Shown here: positions 53,807 to 63,365 of the stretch, piece by piece
Position numbering within the stretch: position 1 is the first letter of the stretch
Layout: the number at the start of each line of letters is the position of its first letter
Origin: Acidimicrobiales bacterium
Lineage (GTDB): Bacteria > Actinomycetota > Acidimicrobiia > Acidimicrobiales > GCA-2861595
DNA length: 64,000 nt
Assembly (NCBI GenBank): GCA_035536185.1
Contig: DATLOM010000018.1
Span: 7,865 to 71,864 of the forward strand
Direction of reading: 5' to 3'
Program-made: the position numbers and the translations under genes
The notes under the pieces: model-generated
Told to the model about the DNA's origin: nothing
What the model saw: only the letters and a program-made list of their open reading frames with translations
The model's database searches: none

Positions 53807-55087
53807 GTGCACCATGTTCACATGGCCTGCCGGCATGTCCCGACTCCTAGAGTCGGCGCGGTGTCGAACCCGGGGGTTGGGGTGCTGCACCGGTTGGCGC
53901 CGGCCGATCGGGCGCGGACGCCGGAGGAGGTGGCCCGTTCACTCGTCGCTCTGCACTCGACCGACCCGGCCTCGGTGCACCTCGCCGTAGCGGCCCGTAC
54001 CGCCGGCGCCGGCGCCTCGGTCGCCGACATCGACCGTGCCCTGCACGACGACCGCACCATCGTCCGGGTCATGGGCATGCGTCGCACGCTGTGGGCGGTG
54101 CCGGCCGAGCTCATGCCCGTGATCGCCGGGGCATGTGGGCGGGCCATCGCCGCCGACGAGCGGCGCAAGCTGGTCAAGGCCGTGGAGGACCAGGGCGTAG
54201 CCAACGACGCGCCGCGCTTCATCTGCGATCTCGAGGACCAGGCGCTGGCCGCACTGGCCGCCAGGGGCGAAGCCCTGACCCGTGAGCTGACCGGCGACGT
54301 TCCGGGCCTCAGGAAGACCGTCCGCTTCGGCGGGACATCCAAGTGGGCGGCCGATGTCGGCCTGTCCAGCAGGATCGTCCTCCTCCTGGCCTGCGACGGG
54401 CGCATCGTCCGCACCCGCCCGCGGGGCACGTGGACCTCGACCCAGCACCGCTACGCCATCGCCCCGCGGGCCGGTGATCCGATGGACACCGCCGATGCCC
54501 AGCTGGAGCTCGCACGCCTTTGGCTCCGCACGTTCGGCCCGATGTCCACGGACCTGGTCGCCGACCTCAAGTGGTGGGCCGGTTGGACCGTGGCCGATAC
54601 CAAAAGGGCGCTGGCCGGTGCCGGCGGTGGCGATGGGGGCCGGCGTGCGGGGCAGCCCTCGGGCGCCCGTACCGTTCCCGCCGGTCCCGCCGGTGCCGCC
54701 CGTAGGGGTGCTGGTACCGATCGAGGCGATCCTCCCTCGCCGACCAAACGATCCGATCCGGGCCAATGGGCCGCCCTCGTGCCATCACTCGACCCGACGA
54801 CGATGGGGTGGAAGCAGCGGTCGTGGTACCTGGGGGACCTCGGGCCAATGCTGTTCGACAGCAACGGGAACGCCGGCCCGGCCATCTGGTTCGCCGGCCG
54901 GATCGTCGGCGGCTGGGCCCAGCGGACCACCGGCGAGGTCGTCACCCGCCTCCTGGTCGATATCGGCCACGATGGCGTTGCCGCCGTCGATGCCGAGGCG
55001 GTGCGGCTGCAGTCGTGGCTCGACTCCAGCGGCTCCATCGTCAAGCCGCGCTTCCCCACGCCGCTCCAGAAGGAGCTGGCCGGCTGA
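53807..55087 (+). CDS. Winged-helix DNA-binding domain protein (HTH_42, AlkZ/YcaQ superfamily)
   Basis: Reads EEVARSLVALHSTDPASVHLAVAAR, DRTIVRVMGMRRTLWAVPAELMPV, ALVPSLDPTTMGWKQRSWYLG and GNAGPAIWFAGRIVGGWAQ. The start is uncertain. It contains a Gly/Arg/Pro-rich segment of about 50 aa encoded around 54620-54770. Confidence 0.75.
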   Translation: MHHVHMACRHVPTPRVGAVSNPGVGVLHRLAPADRARTPEEVARSLVALHSTDPASVHLAVAARTAGAGASVADIDRALHDDRTIVRVMGMRRTLWAVPAELMPVIAGACGRAIAADERRKLVKAVEDQGVANDAPRFICDLEDQALAALAARGEALTRELTGDVPGLRKTVRFGGTSKWAADVGLSSRIVLLLACDGRIVRTRPRGTWTSTQHRYAIAPRAGDPMDTADAQLELARLWLRTFGPMSTDLVADLKWWAGWTVADTKRALAGAGGGDGGRRAGQPSGARTVPAGPAGAARRGAGTDRGDPPSPTKRSDPGQWAALVPSLDPTTMGWKQRSWYLGDLGPMLFDSNGNAGPAIWFAGRIVGGWAQRTTGEVVTRLLVDIGHDGVAAVDAEAVRLQSWLDSSGSIVKPRFPTPLQKELAG

Positions 55088-55186
55088 TAGCCCGGCGCAG
55101 AACCAGTTGGGCGAGACACATACGAACCCGCGGGAGGAGGGTCACTGCAATGCGTAACTGGCTCTGCGTCGGCCTCCGACCGGTGC

Positions 55187-55450
55187 CTACATCTCGACGA
55201 CCGGCTCGTCCCCGCTCTCCGGCTCGGTCGCCTCCACTGACCACTTCAGCTGGAGCTCGACCTCCTCCTCGTCCTCATCGCGTTCGTGCTCGACGCTGAA
55301 CCGCGCCCTGACGGGCACGTAGATCCGCTCGCCGGCGACCTGGACCCGGAAGGGTTGGCCGGTCTCCAGGGCGTCGGCCAGGCGGCGCAGCTTGGCCACC
55401 ACATCCGCGGTTGGGTACTCGCGTTCGACGTCACGGGATGCATCAGTCAT
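55187..55450 (-). CDS. Amphi-Trp domain-containing small acidic protein
   Basis: Reads VVAKLRRLADALETGQPFRVQVAGERIYVPVRARFSVEHERDEDEEEVELQLKWS, which matches my recollection of the amphi-Trp family layout. Confidence 0.65.
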   Translation of the reverse strand: MTDASRDVEREYPTADVVAKLRRLADALETGQPFRVQVAGERIYVPVRARFSVEHERDEDEEEVELQLKWSVEATEPESGDEPVVEM

Positions 55451-55581
55451 GCCGGGAACATACCGTCGGAGTCGGCAGCCGGCGCACCCGTGCCCCCGTT
55501 GCCGATGATGCCGCTAGCGGGACGGCACGGCCGCGGAAGGCCACACGGGGAGCGTCGGCCGCGGAGGGGCCTGCAGGATTG

Positions 55582-55603
55582 CCGAGTACGAGCTCGTACT
55601 CGG
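55582..55603. promoter_or_regulatory. Perfect 22-bp palindrome CCGAGTACGAGCTCGTACTCGG
   Basis: I read it directly and it is self-complementary over all 22 nt. It lies in the 209-bp spacer between the AAA ATPase stop (55660) and the amphi-Trp gene start (55450), both on the minus strand. It could be a terminator hairpin or a dimeric-regulator operator. Confidence 0.5.
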
Positions 55604-55659
55604 AACGGAGAGATCCACATGACCGTCACCCGCGAAAGTCGAGCTGGCGTTGGAGGAGC

Positions 55660-57063
55660 TCAGCGTGAGCGGTAGGCCGCGCCGCTCTCGACCACCTGCT
55701 TGTTGAGGCGCTTCGACAGATGGAGCCCCTCCAGGACGAACTCCGTGGCACTGGCCACGGCGCCGGGCGTCTCACTGCCGGCCAGCGCCAGCACCGGCTC
55801 CCGCAGCGCCGGCAGCTCGCTCAGCAACGTGCCGTACGCCGGGGAGGCCACGTCGTCGCCCACGTGCACGGCCTCCTGGCGCTCGTCGAAGGACTGGATG
55901 ACGCCGGCCAGCGCCGGCAGGGAACAGCGCTGCTTGAAGACGGTGAGCACGGCAGCGCTGACGAGCCGCTCGACGATGGCCTCCTCCTGACCCTCCTCCA
56001 GGGTGTCGATCTCCACCTTGCCGGCGGTCGATGCGGCCAGCGCCGGCAGGTCGCTGACCCGGGGCACCACCTCCTTCTCGCCGAGCCGCAGCGCCCGGCG
56101 GGCGGCGTTGGCCACCAGGGTCTCGGAGTTGGCGATGGTGAGGCGCACCGACACGCCCGAACGCTGGTTGATCTGGGAGCTGGCCCTGGCCAGGTGGGTG
56201 AGCGTCGCCAGCACCTCGGCCATGAAATCGGGCATTTGGACCCGGAGGCCGTCCACGGTGAACGGTGCCGCTTCCTGTTCCACCACGGCCCGCTCGGTCT
56301 CGGTGTCGAGCGGGTAGTGGGTCCGGATCTGGGCCCCGAAGCGGTCCTTCAGGGGGGTGATGATGCGGCCGCGGTTGGTGTAGTCCTCGGGGTTGGCCGA
56401 CGCCACCAGCATGACGTCGAGGGGCAGTCGCACCTTGTAGCCGCGGATCTGCACGTCACCCTCCTCGAGCACGTTGAGCAGGCCGACCTGGATGCGCTCG
56501 GCCAGGTCGGGCAGCTCGTTGATGGCGAAGATGCCCCGGTTCGTGCGGGGGACGAGGCCGTAGTGCAGCGTCAGCTCATCAGACAGGTAGCGACCCTCGG
56601 CCACCTTGATGGGGTCGACCTCGCCGATCAGGTCGGCGATGGAAGTGTCGGGTGTGGCCAGCTTCTCGCCGAAGCGCCGGTCCCGGTGCAGCCACTCCAC
56701 CGGCGTGTCGTCGCCCTTCTCCGCCACCAGGTCACGGGCGTGGCGGGACACCGGGTGGTACGGGTCGTCGTTGATCTCGCTGCCGGCGACCACGGGCAGC
56801 CACTCGTCGAGCAGTGCCGTCATCGACCGGATCAGCCGGGTCTTGGCCTGCCCCCGCTCTCCCAGGAAGACGATGTCATGGCCAGCGAGAAGGGCGTTCT
56901 CCAGCTGGGGAAGGACCGTGTCCTCGTAGCCCATCACCCCCTCGACCAGGGGTCGGCCGGCGGCGATGCAAGCGGCGGCGTTGCGCCGCACCTCCTCCTT
57001 CACGGGCACCGACTGCCAGCCCGACTCCCGTAGCTGGCCGAGGGTCGCCGGTCGGGAAGTCAC
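55660..57063 (-). CDS. AAA+ ATPase, Mg-chelatase ChlI/BchI-like
   Basis: Has Walker [18 protein letters not shown] and Walker B region [11 protein letters not shown]. Other segments are [18 protein letters not shown] and [17 protein letters not shown]. The N-terminus is [10 protein letters not shown]. Confidence 0.85.
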   Translation of the reverse strand: MTSRPATLGQLRESGWQSVPVKEEVRRNAAACIAAGRPLVEGVMGYEDTVLPQLENALLAGHDIVFLGERGQAKTRLIRSMTALLDEWLPVVAGSEINDDPYHPVSRHARDLVAEKGDDTPVEWLHRDRRFGEKLATPDTSIADLIGEVDPIKVAEGRYLSDELTLHYGLVPRTNRGIFAINELPDLAERIQVGLLNVLEEGDVQIRGYKVRLPLDVMLVASANPEDYTNRGRIITPLKDRFGAQIRTHYPLDTETERAVVEQEAAPFTVDGLRVQMPDFMAEVLATLTHLARASSQINQRSGVSVRLTIANSETLVANAARRALRLGEKEVVPRVSDLPALAASTAGKVEIDTLEEGQEEAIVERLVSAAVLTVFKQRCSLPALAGVIQSFDERQEAVHVGDDVASPAYGTLLSELPALREPVLALAGSETPGAVASATEFVLEGLHLSKRLNKQVVESGAAYRSR

Positions 57064-57175
57064 GGCCGGAAGCCTACGTCTGGCCGCCGCCGGCTCCCCC
57101 GCGGCCTCCTACGGCGAGGTGATCCAGGGCTCAGCGGGGGCCGGTCCGGCACCAGTGCGTCGCCGCCGTGGAACT

Positions 57176-58924
57176 ATGGCCGGCATGGACGTCCAGCACC
57201 ACACCTTCGACGCGGTCATCGTGGGCGCCGGCGGCGCCGGGCTCCGGGCCGCCATCGAGGCCGCCGGCAACTGCCGGACGGCAGTGATCACCAAGCTCTA
57301 CCCCACCCGCTCCCACACCGGCGCCGCCCAGGGGGGCATGTGCGCCGCCCTGGCCAACGTGGAGGAGGACTCGTGGGAGTGGCACCTCTTCGACACCATC
57401 AAGGGCGGCGACTACCTGGTGGACCAGCCCGCGGCCGAGGTCATGTGCCGGGAGGCCATCGACGCCGTCATCGAGCTGGAGCACTTCGGCCTCCCCTTCA
57501 ACCGCACTCCCGACGGGCGCATCGACCAGCGCCGCTTCGGCGGCCACACCCGCAACCACGGCGAGGCCCCCGTACGCCGGGCCTGCTACTCCTCGGACCG
57601 CACCGGCCACATGATCCTCCAGACCCTCTACCAGCAGTGCGTGGCCCGGGACGTCGTCTTCTTCAACGAGTACCAGGTGCTCGACGTGGCCATGGTCGAT
57701 GGCCGCGTGGGCGCCGTCATCGCCTACGAGATGGCCACCGGTGGCCTCCACGTGTTCCACACCAAGGCGGCCCTGTTCGCCACCGGCGGCTTCGGCAAGA
57801 TGTTCAAGGTCTCCTCCAACGCCCACACCCTCACCGGCGACGGGCCCGGCCTCCTCTACCGCCGGGGCATCCCCATGCAGGACATGGAGTTCTTCCAGTT
57901 CCACCCGACGGGCATCTACAAGCTGGGCATCCTTCTCTCCGAGGCGGCCCGGGGGGAGGGCGGCATCCTGCGCAACTCCGACGGCGAGCGGTTCATGGAG
58001 CGCTACGCACCCACGGTGAAGGACCTGGCGCCCCGGGACATGGTCTCCCGGGCCATCCAGACCGAGATCCTCGAGGGCCGGGGCATCGGGCCGGAGGAGG
58101 ACGGGGTCCACCTGGACCTCACCCACCTCCCCCCCGAGCAGATCGACGAGAAGCTGCCCGACATCACCGAGTTCGTGCGGACCTACCTGGGCATCGAGCC
58201 CAAGACGGCGCCCATCCCCATCCAGCCCACGGCGCACTATGCCATGGGCGGCATCCCCACGAACATCGACGCCGAGGTGGTGGTGGATGCCGCCGGCACC
58301 GTCGTCCCCGGCCTCTACGCCGCCGGCGAGTGCGCCTGCGTGAGCGTGCATGGGGCCAACCGCCTCGGCACCAACTCGCTGCTCGACATCGTGGTCTTCG
58401 GGCGCCGGGGCGGGCGGGCCATGGTGGACTTCGTGGCCGGCGTGGACCGGCCCGAGGTGCCCGCCGGCGTGGAGGACGACGTCCGCACCCGCATCGAGGC
58501 CATGCTGACCCGAGCCGGGGGGGAGAAGGTCGGCGCCGTGCGGGCCGACCTGCAGGCGGCCATGACCGAGAAGGCCTTCGTCTACCGAACCGACGAGACC
58601 CTGGCCGCCATGAGCGCCGCCTTCGCCGGCCTCCGGGCCCGGTACGACGAGGTGGCCATCGACGACAAGGGCCCCACCTTCAACTACGACCTCACCGAGG
58701 CCCTCGAGCTGGGCTACCTGATCGACCTGGCCGAGGCCCTCGTCGTCAGCGCCCAGGCCCGCACCGAGAGCCGCGGCGCCCACTTCCGGGACGACCACCC
58801 CTTACGGGACGACGCCCACTGGATGCGCCACACCCTCGCCGCCCGCCGCCCCGACGGCACCCTCGAGGTGTCCTACAAGCCCGTCGTGGCCGGCAACTAC
58901 CTCCCCATGGAGCGCAAGTACTGA
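57176..58924 (+). CDS. sdhA: Succinate dehydrogenase/fumarate reductase flavoprotein subunit
   Basis: Reads [16 protein letters not shown], the covalent-FAD His block [46 protein letters not shown] and [14 protein letters not shown]. Confidence 0.92.
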   Translation: MAGMDVQHHTFDAVIVGAGGAGLRAAIEAAGNCRTAVITKLYPTRSHTGAAQGGMCAALANVEEDSWEWHLFDTIKGGDYLVDQPAAEVMCREAIDAVIELEHFGLPFNRTPDGRIDQRRFGGHTRNHGEAPVRRACYSSDRTGHMILQTLYQQCVARDVVFFNEYQVLDVAMVDGRVGAVIAYEMATGGLHVFHTKAALFATGGFGKMFKVSSNAHTLTGDGPGLLYRRGIPMQDMEFFQFHPTGIYKLGILLSEAARGEGGILRNSDGERFMERYAPTVKDLAPRDMVSRAIQTEILEGRGIGPEEDGVHLDLTHLPPEQIDEKLPDITEFVRTYLGIEPKTAPIPIQPTAHYAMGGIPTNIDAEVVVDAAGTVVPGLYAAGECACVSVHGANRLGTNSLLDIVVFGRRGGRAMVDFVAGVDRPEVPAGVEDDVRTRIEAMLTRAGGEKVGAVRADLQAAMTEKAFVYRTDETLAAMSAAFAGLRARYDEVAIDDKGPTFNYDLTEALELGYLIDLAEALVVSAQARTESRGAHFRDDHPLRDDAHWMRHTLAARRPDGTLEVSYKPVVAGNYLPMERKY

Positions 58925-58953
58925 CCTCGCCCAACCCCTCCTCTCTCCGTTGC

Positions 58954-58990
58954 GAGTACATAGGGGGCGGAAACGGCCCGCTATGTACTC
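58954..58990. other. Stem-loop in the sdhA-sdhB spacer
   Basis: GAGTACATAG-[17 nt]-CTATGTACTC forms a perfect 10-bp stem. It sits 30 bp after the sdhA stop inside a 182-bp spacer. Confidence 0.6.
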
Positions 58991-59106
58991 CCAACGGGCG
59001 TGGGACCAGCTGCGGCCGGCACCTGTGGGCGCGGCAGCTGGCCTGTGGCAGCAACCGGCCAGTGCCCGGCACCGCCTCGGCGACCAGGTTGCGTAGCGTG
59101 CGGCAG

Positions 59107-59835
59107 ATGACGGGGGTCGACGTCGAGCTGAGGATCAAGCGGTTCAACCCCGACCAGGACAACAAGCCGTACTGGCAGAACTTCCGGCTACAGGCCGACC
59201 CGACCGACCGGGTGCTCGACGCCCTGCACACGGTGAAGTGGGAGCAGGACGGCACCCTGAGCTTCCGCCGCTCCTGCGCCCACGGCGTGTGCGGCTCCGA
59301 CGCCGTGATCATCAACGGGGCCAACGCCCTGGCCTGCGTCGAGCTGGTGCGTGACGCCGCCGGCGCCGGCGACGGCAAGGGCGGCACCATCACCATCGAG
59401 CCGATCCGGGGCCTGCCCGTGATCAAGGACCTGGTGGTGGACATGGAGCCCTTCTTCGCCCAGTACCGCTCGGTGATCCCCCACCTCGTGGCCACCGACG
59501 ACCCCGGCGACCGGGAACGGCTCCAGTCGCCCGAGGAGCGGGCCCGCTACGACGACACCACCAAGTGCATCCTGTGCGCCGCCTGCACCACCTCGTGCCC
59601 GATCTACTGGGGCAACTCGGGCTACGTGGGCCCGGCGGCCATCGTCAACGCCCACCGCTTCATCTTCGACAGCCGGGACGACGCCGCCGAGGAGCGCCTC
59701 GACATCCTCAACCAGCGCTCGGGGGTGTGGCGCTGCCGCACCGCCTTCAACTGCTCCGAGGCCTGCCCCCGCGGTATCAAGGTCACCCAGGCCATCGAAG
59801 AGGTCAAGCGGGCCATCGTCTACGACCGCATCTGA
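59107..59835 (+). CDS. sdhB: Succinate dehydrogenase/fumarate reductase iron-sulfur subunit
   Basis: The [2Fe-2S] block is SFRRSCAHGVCGSDAVIINGANALAC. The [4Fe-4S]/[3Fe-4S] blocks are CILCAACTTSCP and CRTAFNCSEACPRGI. Only the last 243 codons of track ORF 57340-59835 are coding. Confidence 0.92.
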   Translation: MTGVDVELRIKRFNPDQDNKPYWQNFRLQADPTDRVLDALHTVKWEQDGTLSFRRSCAHGVCGSDAVIINGANALACVELVRDAAGAGDGKGGTITIEPIRGLPVIKDLVVDMEPFFAQYRSVIPHLVATDDPGDRERLQSPEERARYDDTTKCILCAACTTSCPIYWGNSGYVGPAAIVNAHRFIFDSRDDAAEERLDILNQRSGVWRCRTAFNCSEACPRGIKVTQAIEEVKRAIVYDRI

Positions 59836-59841
59836 GGGGCG

Positions 59842-59881
59842 CCCCGCACCGGCGGGGCACCGCCGTTTTCGGCCGAAACGG
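59842..59881 (+). terminator. Candidate intrinsic terminator after sdhB
   Basis: CCCCGC-ACCG-GCGGGG (6-bp GC stem) is followed by CACCGCCGTTTTCGG. A second near-palindrome is CCGTTTTCGG/CCGAAACGG. It has a short T-run only, as is usual in high-GC genomes. Confidence 0.45.
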
Positions 59882-60050
59882 ACGAAGCCCGATTCCGTAC
59901 CCGCGATCTGACGAAATAATCCGAGGCAGAGCCAGGAAACTTCCTTCCGGCTGTCGAAGAAGAGGCCAAGCCAAGGGGGTGGGACGGCAGATCCGTCCAG
60001 TGACCGGATGCTGGCACAAGGCGAGCACCGATCGGCCCAGGACGGACGGA

Positions 60051-61502
60051 ATGACGGCGCGACGGATCTTCACTGATTGGGCTCCATGGGTCGAGCGGAT
60101 GGCCATCCGCGCACCCGGCCCTTTCCCCATCTTCTTCCAGGCCCAGCTCGGCTTCGACGACTGGGTGGCCGAAGTCGTCGAGCCCCGGATCCGGCTCATC
60201 AGCGCCCGCGGCCCGAGTGGCCCCGAGCGGGTTCTGGCCATCCAACGGCTCCTGCGCCTCGCCGTGGTGGTCACCCTGCTCGGGGTCCTGGCCGGCGCCA
60301 AGGTGCAGATGACACCGGTGGCGCCCGTCGCCGCGGTGGCCGGCCAGCCGGCCCCCCTGGGTTCAGCTAGCGGCGGAGAGGTCCTCGCCTCCGGCAGCCA
60401 GACGCCACTCGAGGGCGACACCGCCGTGGCGGTGCCCCAGGTGCCGGTCGCCGCGCCCGCACCGGAGCCCGTCCCTGCGCCACCAGTGGAGCGCACCGTC
60501 CCTGCCCGCCGGGGCGCCCTGCCTGTCGGCAAGGGCATGTGGATCTGGTTGGCCGACCAGGCCGAGGGCGGCGATCCCCACGCCATCGTCAAGCGGGCAA
60601 AGGACGTCGGCCTCACCCACCTCTACGTCCGCACCGGTTCCCTGAAAGAGGGTTTCTACGCAGCCGACTTCCTCAACCGGCTGCTCCCCGTGGCCCACGC
60701 CGCCAAGCTGCGTGTCTACGCCTGGGACTTCCCGTACCTGGACAACGTCGACAACGACCTCAACCGGGCACTGGCCGCCATCCGCCACCTGACGCCCGAC
60801 GGTCACCGCGTCGACGGTTACTCGGCTGACATCGAACTGAAGTCGATGGGCGTCAACGTGACGCCGGCCACCGCCGGCCACTTCGGCAAGGCCCTCCGCG
60901 ACGCCGTAGGCCCCGACTACCCGCTGATCGCGACGGTGCCCCGGCCGGACCCGCGGATCTCCGGTTACCCCTTCGCCGAGGTGGTCGCCTCCTTCGACGC
61001 CATCGCCCCGATGGTGTACTGGCTCCACCGTGATCCCGCCAACGACATGGCCGGCGCTATCCGTGACCTGGGCCGCTTCGGCAAGCCCATCATCCCGGCC
61101 GGCCAGGCCTACGACTCCTCCGGCGAGGGTGGGCCTCCGGGAGTGCCTCCCCGCCCCCAGCTCATCCGGTTCATGCAGACGGGCGACCAGCTCGGTGCGG
61201 CCGGGGTGTCCTGGTGGTCGTGGCAGCACGCCAGCCAGGAGGCATGGGACGCCGTGCGGGACGCGGCCGAGTTCCGCCTCCCGGTCGGCGATTCCGCCAC
61301 CTACACCGCCGGCCAGGTGCGGGCCTACCAGACCCTGCTCAGCAGCCTCGGCTTCCCCACCCCCATCGACGGGGCGTGGGGCCCGGGCACCGACGCCGCC
61401 GTGCGCTCCTACCAGGAGGCCGCCCACCTGCCCGTCACCGGCGTGATCGACCAGGCCACCCAGGACGTCCTGCTCACGCCCTTTGCGCCGCCGCTGAAGT
61501 AA
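60051..61502 (+). CDS. Membrane-anchored protein with a TIM-barrel glycoside-hydrolase-like domain and a C-terminal peptidoglycan-binding (PG_binding_1) domain
   Basis: Has a TM segment LLRLAVVVTLLGVLAG and a central KGMWIWLADQAEGG...THLYVRTG...RVYAWDFPY. The C-terminal GQVRAYQTLLSSLGFPTPIDGAWGPGTDAAVRSYQEAAHLPVTGVIDQAT is a PG-binding repeat. Start at ATG 60051. Confidence 0.75.
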   Translation: MTARRIFTDWAPWVERMAIRAPGPFPIFFQAQLGFDDWVAEVVEPRIRLISARGPSGPERVLAIQRLLRLAVVVTLLGVLAGAKVQMTPVAPVAAVAGQPAPLGSASGGEVLASGSQTPLEGDTAVAVPQVPVAAPAPEPVPAPPVERTVPARRGALPVGKGMWIWLADQAEGGDPHAIVKRAKDVGLTHLYVRTGSLKEGFYAADFLNRLLPVAHAAKLRVYAWDFPYLDNVDNDLNRALAAIRHLTPDGHRVDGYSADIELKSMGVNVTPATAGHFGKALRDAVGPDYPLIATVPRPDPRISGYPFAEVVASFDAIAPMVYWLHRDPANDMAGAIRDLGRFGKPIIPAGQAYDSSGEGGPPGVPPRPQLIRFMQTGDQLGAAGVSWWSWQHASQEAWDAVRDAAEFRLPVGDSATYTAGQVRAYQTLLSSLGFPTPIDGAWGPGTDAAVRSYQEAAHLPVTGVIDQATQDVLLTPFAPPLK

Positions 61503-61590
61503 TCGCCTCGCAACCGGAGGTTGCTCGGCGAGCTTCCACAATCGTGCCTTCGGCCGACCGGCAGAGCCCGATCGGCCTTCGGCTCCTCTC

Positions 61591-61870
61591 TTTCTGGCCG
61601 GCATCCATGGGGGCGGCTTCGCCGCTGGGGTGGCCGCCGGCGTGGTGCTGGCCGACGTCACCGTAGAGGCCGGCCTACGCGCCCTCGACTCCCGCTACGA
61701 CCAGGCGGCGGCGACGCTCGGTGCGGGTCGCTGGACCGCCTTTCGCACCATCACCCTTCCGCTCGCTGCCCCGGCGCTGGCCGCCGGCGCCGCCCTCGCA
61801 TGTCCCCAGGGCCATCTTCGAGTTCGGCGCCACCATCACCGTCGCCGGCAACCTCCCTGGCCGCACCCAG
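61591..61870 (+). pseudogene. Remnant of a molybdate/sulfate-type ABC permease (ModB-like C-terminus, frameshifted)
   Basis: In one frame: ...LDSRYDQAAATLGAGRWTAFRTITLPLAAPALAAGAALA. The permease signature continues as PRAIFEFGATITVAGNLPGRTQ in another frame, with the shift near 61799-61803. Everything N-terminal of the last ~90 aa of a normal permease is absent. Confidence 0.7.
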
Positions 61871-62472
61871 CGCTCCTGCTCGCCCTCGCCGGGTTGTTGC
61901 GCCTCGAGAGGGGACGGGTGGAGGTCTCCGGTCAGATGATGGCTGATGCCGGTACGGGTGTCTGCGTTCCTCCGGGGCGGCGCCCCATCGACGTCGTCTT
62001 CCAGGGCCTTCTCCTCTTCCCGCACCTCAGCGTGCTGGAGAACGTGGCCTACGGGCTCCGCCGGCGGGGCGGCCTGCGGAAGCAGGAGGTCCACCAGCGG
62101 GCCGAACCCTGGCTGGACCGCCTCCACTTGGCGGGCGTGGCGCACCGCCGGCCGGTTCAGCTGTCGGGCGGCGAGGCCCAGCGGGTGGCGCTGGCCCGAG
62201 CCCTCGCCACCAAGCCGAAGCTGCTGCTGCTCGACGAGCCCCTGTCCGCCCTCGACGCCGAGGCCCGCCCCGCCGCCCTCCAGTTGCTCGGCCACCACCT
62301 GGCCGAGACCACCGGCACCCGGATCCTGGTCACCCACGACGCCGCCGAGGCCACCGCCCTGGCCCAGCGGATCATCGTGCTCGAGGCCGGCCGCGTCGTC
62401 CAGCAGGGCACCCCAGCCGAACTGGCTGCCGATCCTCGCTCCCCCTACGTGGCCGCCCCCTTCACCAGCTGA
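61871..62472 (+). pseudogene. N-terminally truncated ABC ATPase (ModC-like) lacking Walker A
   Basis: Homology starts at ALLLALAGLLRLERGRVEVSG (normally just after the Walker A loop). Then come the Q-loop VVFQGLLLFPHLSV, signature LSGGEAQRVALARAL, Walker B LLLLDEPLSALD and H-loop ILVTHD. No GxxGxGKS/T is encoded upstream. It is joined directly to the permease remnant. Confidence 0.7.
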
Positions 62473-62532
62473 GCTCCGCGGCTACGGAACTAGGGGACAC
62501 CGGCCCCCACGGGTCGTCGGACTCGCGCTGGC

Positions 62533-63339
62533 TCAGCTCACGCGCTCGTGCCAGCCCATCCCGGTTCCGGCGCCGGCCACGCTGAACCGGCAGAAGGAGC
62601 GTTCCAGCACCCGCCCCCCGTCGAGCCGGAGCGGCGCCCGGAACAACACCTCGCGAGCGCCCTCGGCCGGGACCTCGGCGGCCCCGCCGGCGGCGCCGGC
62701 CATGAACGGTGTGCCGTCGTCGAGGCGGCCCGAGAGCCGCTCCCCCGCCGGCACCACCCCCGCCGGCCCCCCGCCCCCCAGCACCACGGCCGCCGTCCCG
62801 CCCCCGCACCTGTGCCAGCGCCAGCCGTACCCGTCGAAGGTGATCTCCTCGACGACCGAGCCGACCCCCACGAGGATCTGGCCGGACACGTCGCAGGCCT
62901 GTCCGTAGTCGCCCTCGTCCCCGACGACGCCGCCGGCCACCGCCTCCCACTCCAGGTCGAGCCCTAGGCCGATGCGGTCGCCCCGCTCGTCGCCCAGGGC
63001 CTCGTCGGGATCGTCCATCGACACGCCGAACGCCTCCAGGCCCATCGACCAGTGCTCCAGGGGGGTCTCGCAGTTGATGTCGGCCCAGAGCCCGTCGGCC
63101 CGCACCTCCCGGGAACCCGGCCGCCGGGGCGCCTCGATCTCCAGGTCCCTCACGAGCAGGTATGGGCGTCCCTCGCCGACCAGCGCCGCCCAGTACCACG
63201 CCCGCGGCCTTGGCGCCGGGAAGAGGGTGAGCCCGACGAAGCCGGCGACCCTGGCGTCCGGAGCGAAGAAGTCGAACGACCACGACTCGAGCCGGGAGGG
63301 GTGCCGGCGCTCCCACGACGGATCGGGCGCCGGCGTCAT
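62533..63339 (-). CDS. Hypothetical protein
   Basis: A 268-aa ORF with good GC3. Reads LESWSFDFFAPDARVAGFVGLTLFP...AWYWAALVGEGRPYLLVRDLEIEAP...GLWADINCETPLEHWSMGLEAFG. No family recognised with confidence. Confidence 0.55.
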   Translation of the reverse strand: MTPAPDPSWERRHPSRLESWSFDFFAPDARVAGFVGLTLFPAPRPRAWYWAALVGEGRPYLLVRDLEIEAPRRPGSREVRADGLWADINCETPLEHWSMGLEAFGVSMDDPDEALGDERGDRIGLGLDLEWEAVAGGVVGDEGDYGQACDVSGQILVGVGSVVEEITFDGYGWRWHRCGGGTAAVVLGGGGPAGVVPAGERLSGRLDDGTPFMAGAAGGAAEVPAEGAREVLFRAPLRLDGGRVLERSFCRFSVAGAGTGMGWHERVS

Positions 63340-63365
63340 CCGGACCGCATGGTAGATACTGCGCC

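Noticed and set aside
57131-58798. 555-aa minus-strand ORF, and the upstream 589 codons of plus-strand ORF 57340-59835
   Set aside because: Both overlap sdhA in other frames. sdhA motifs are unambiguous. Only the last 243 codons of 57340-59835 (sdhB) are coding.
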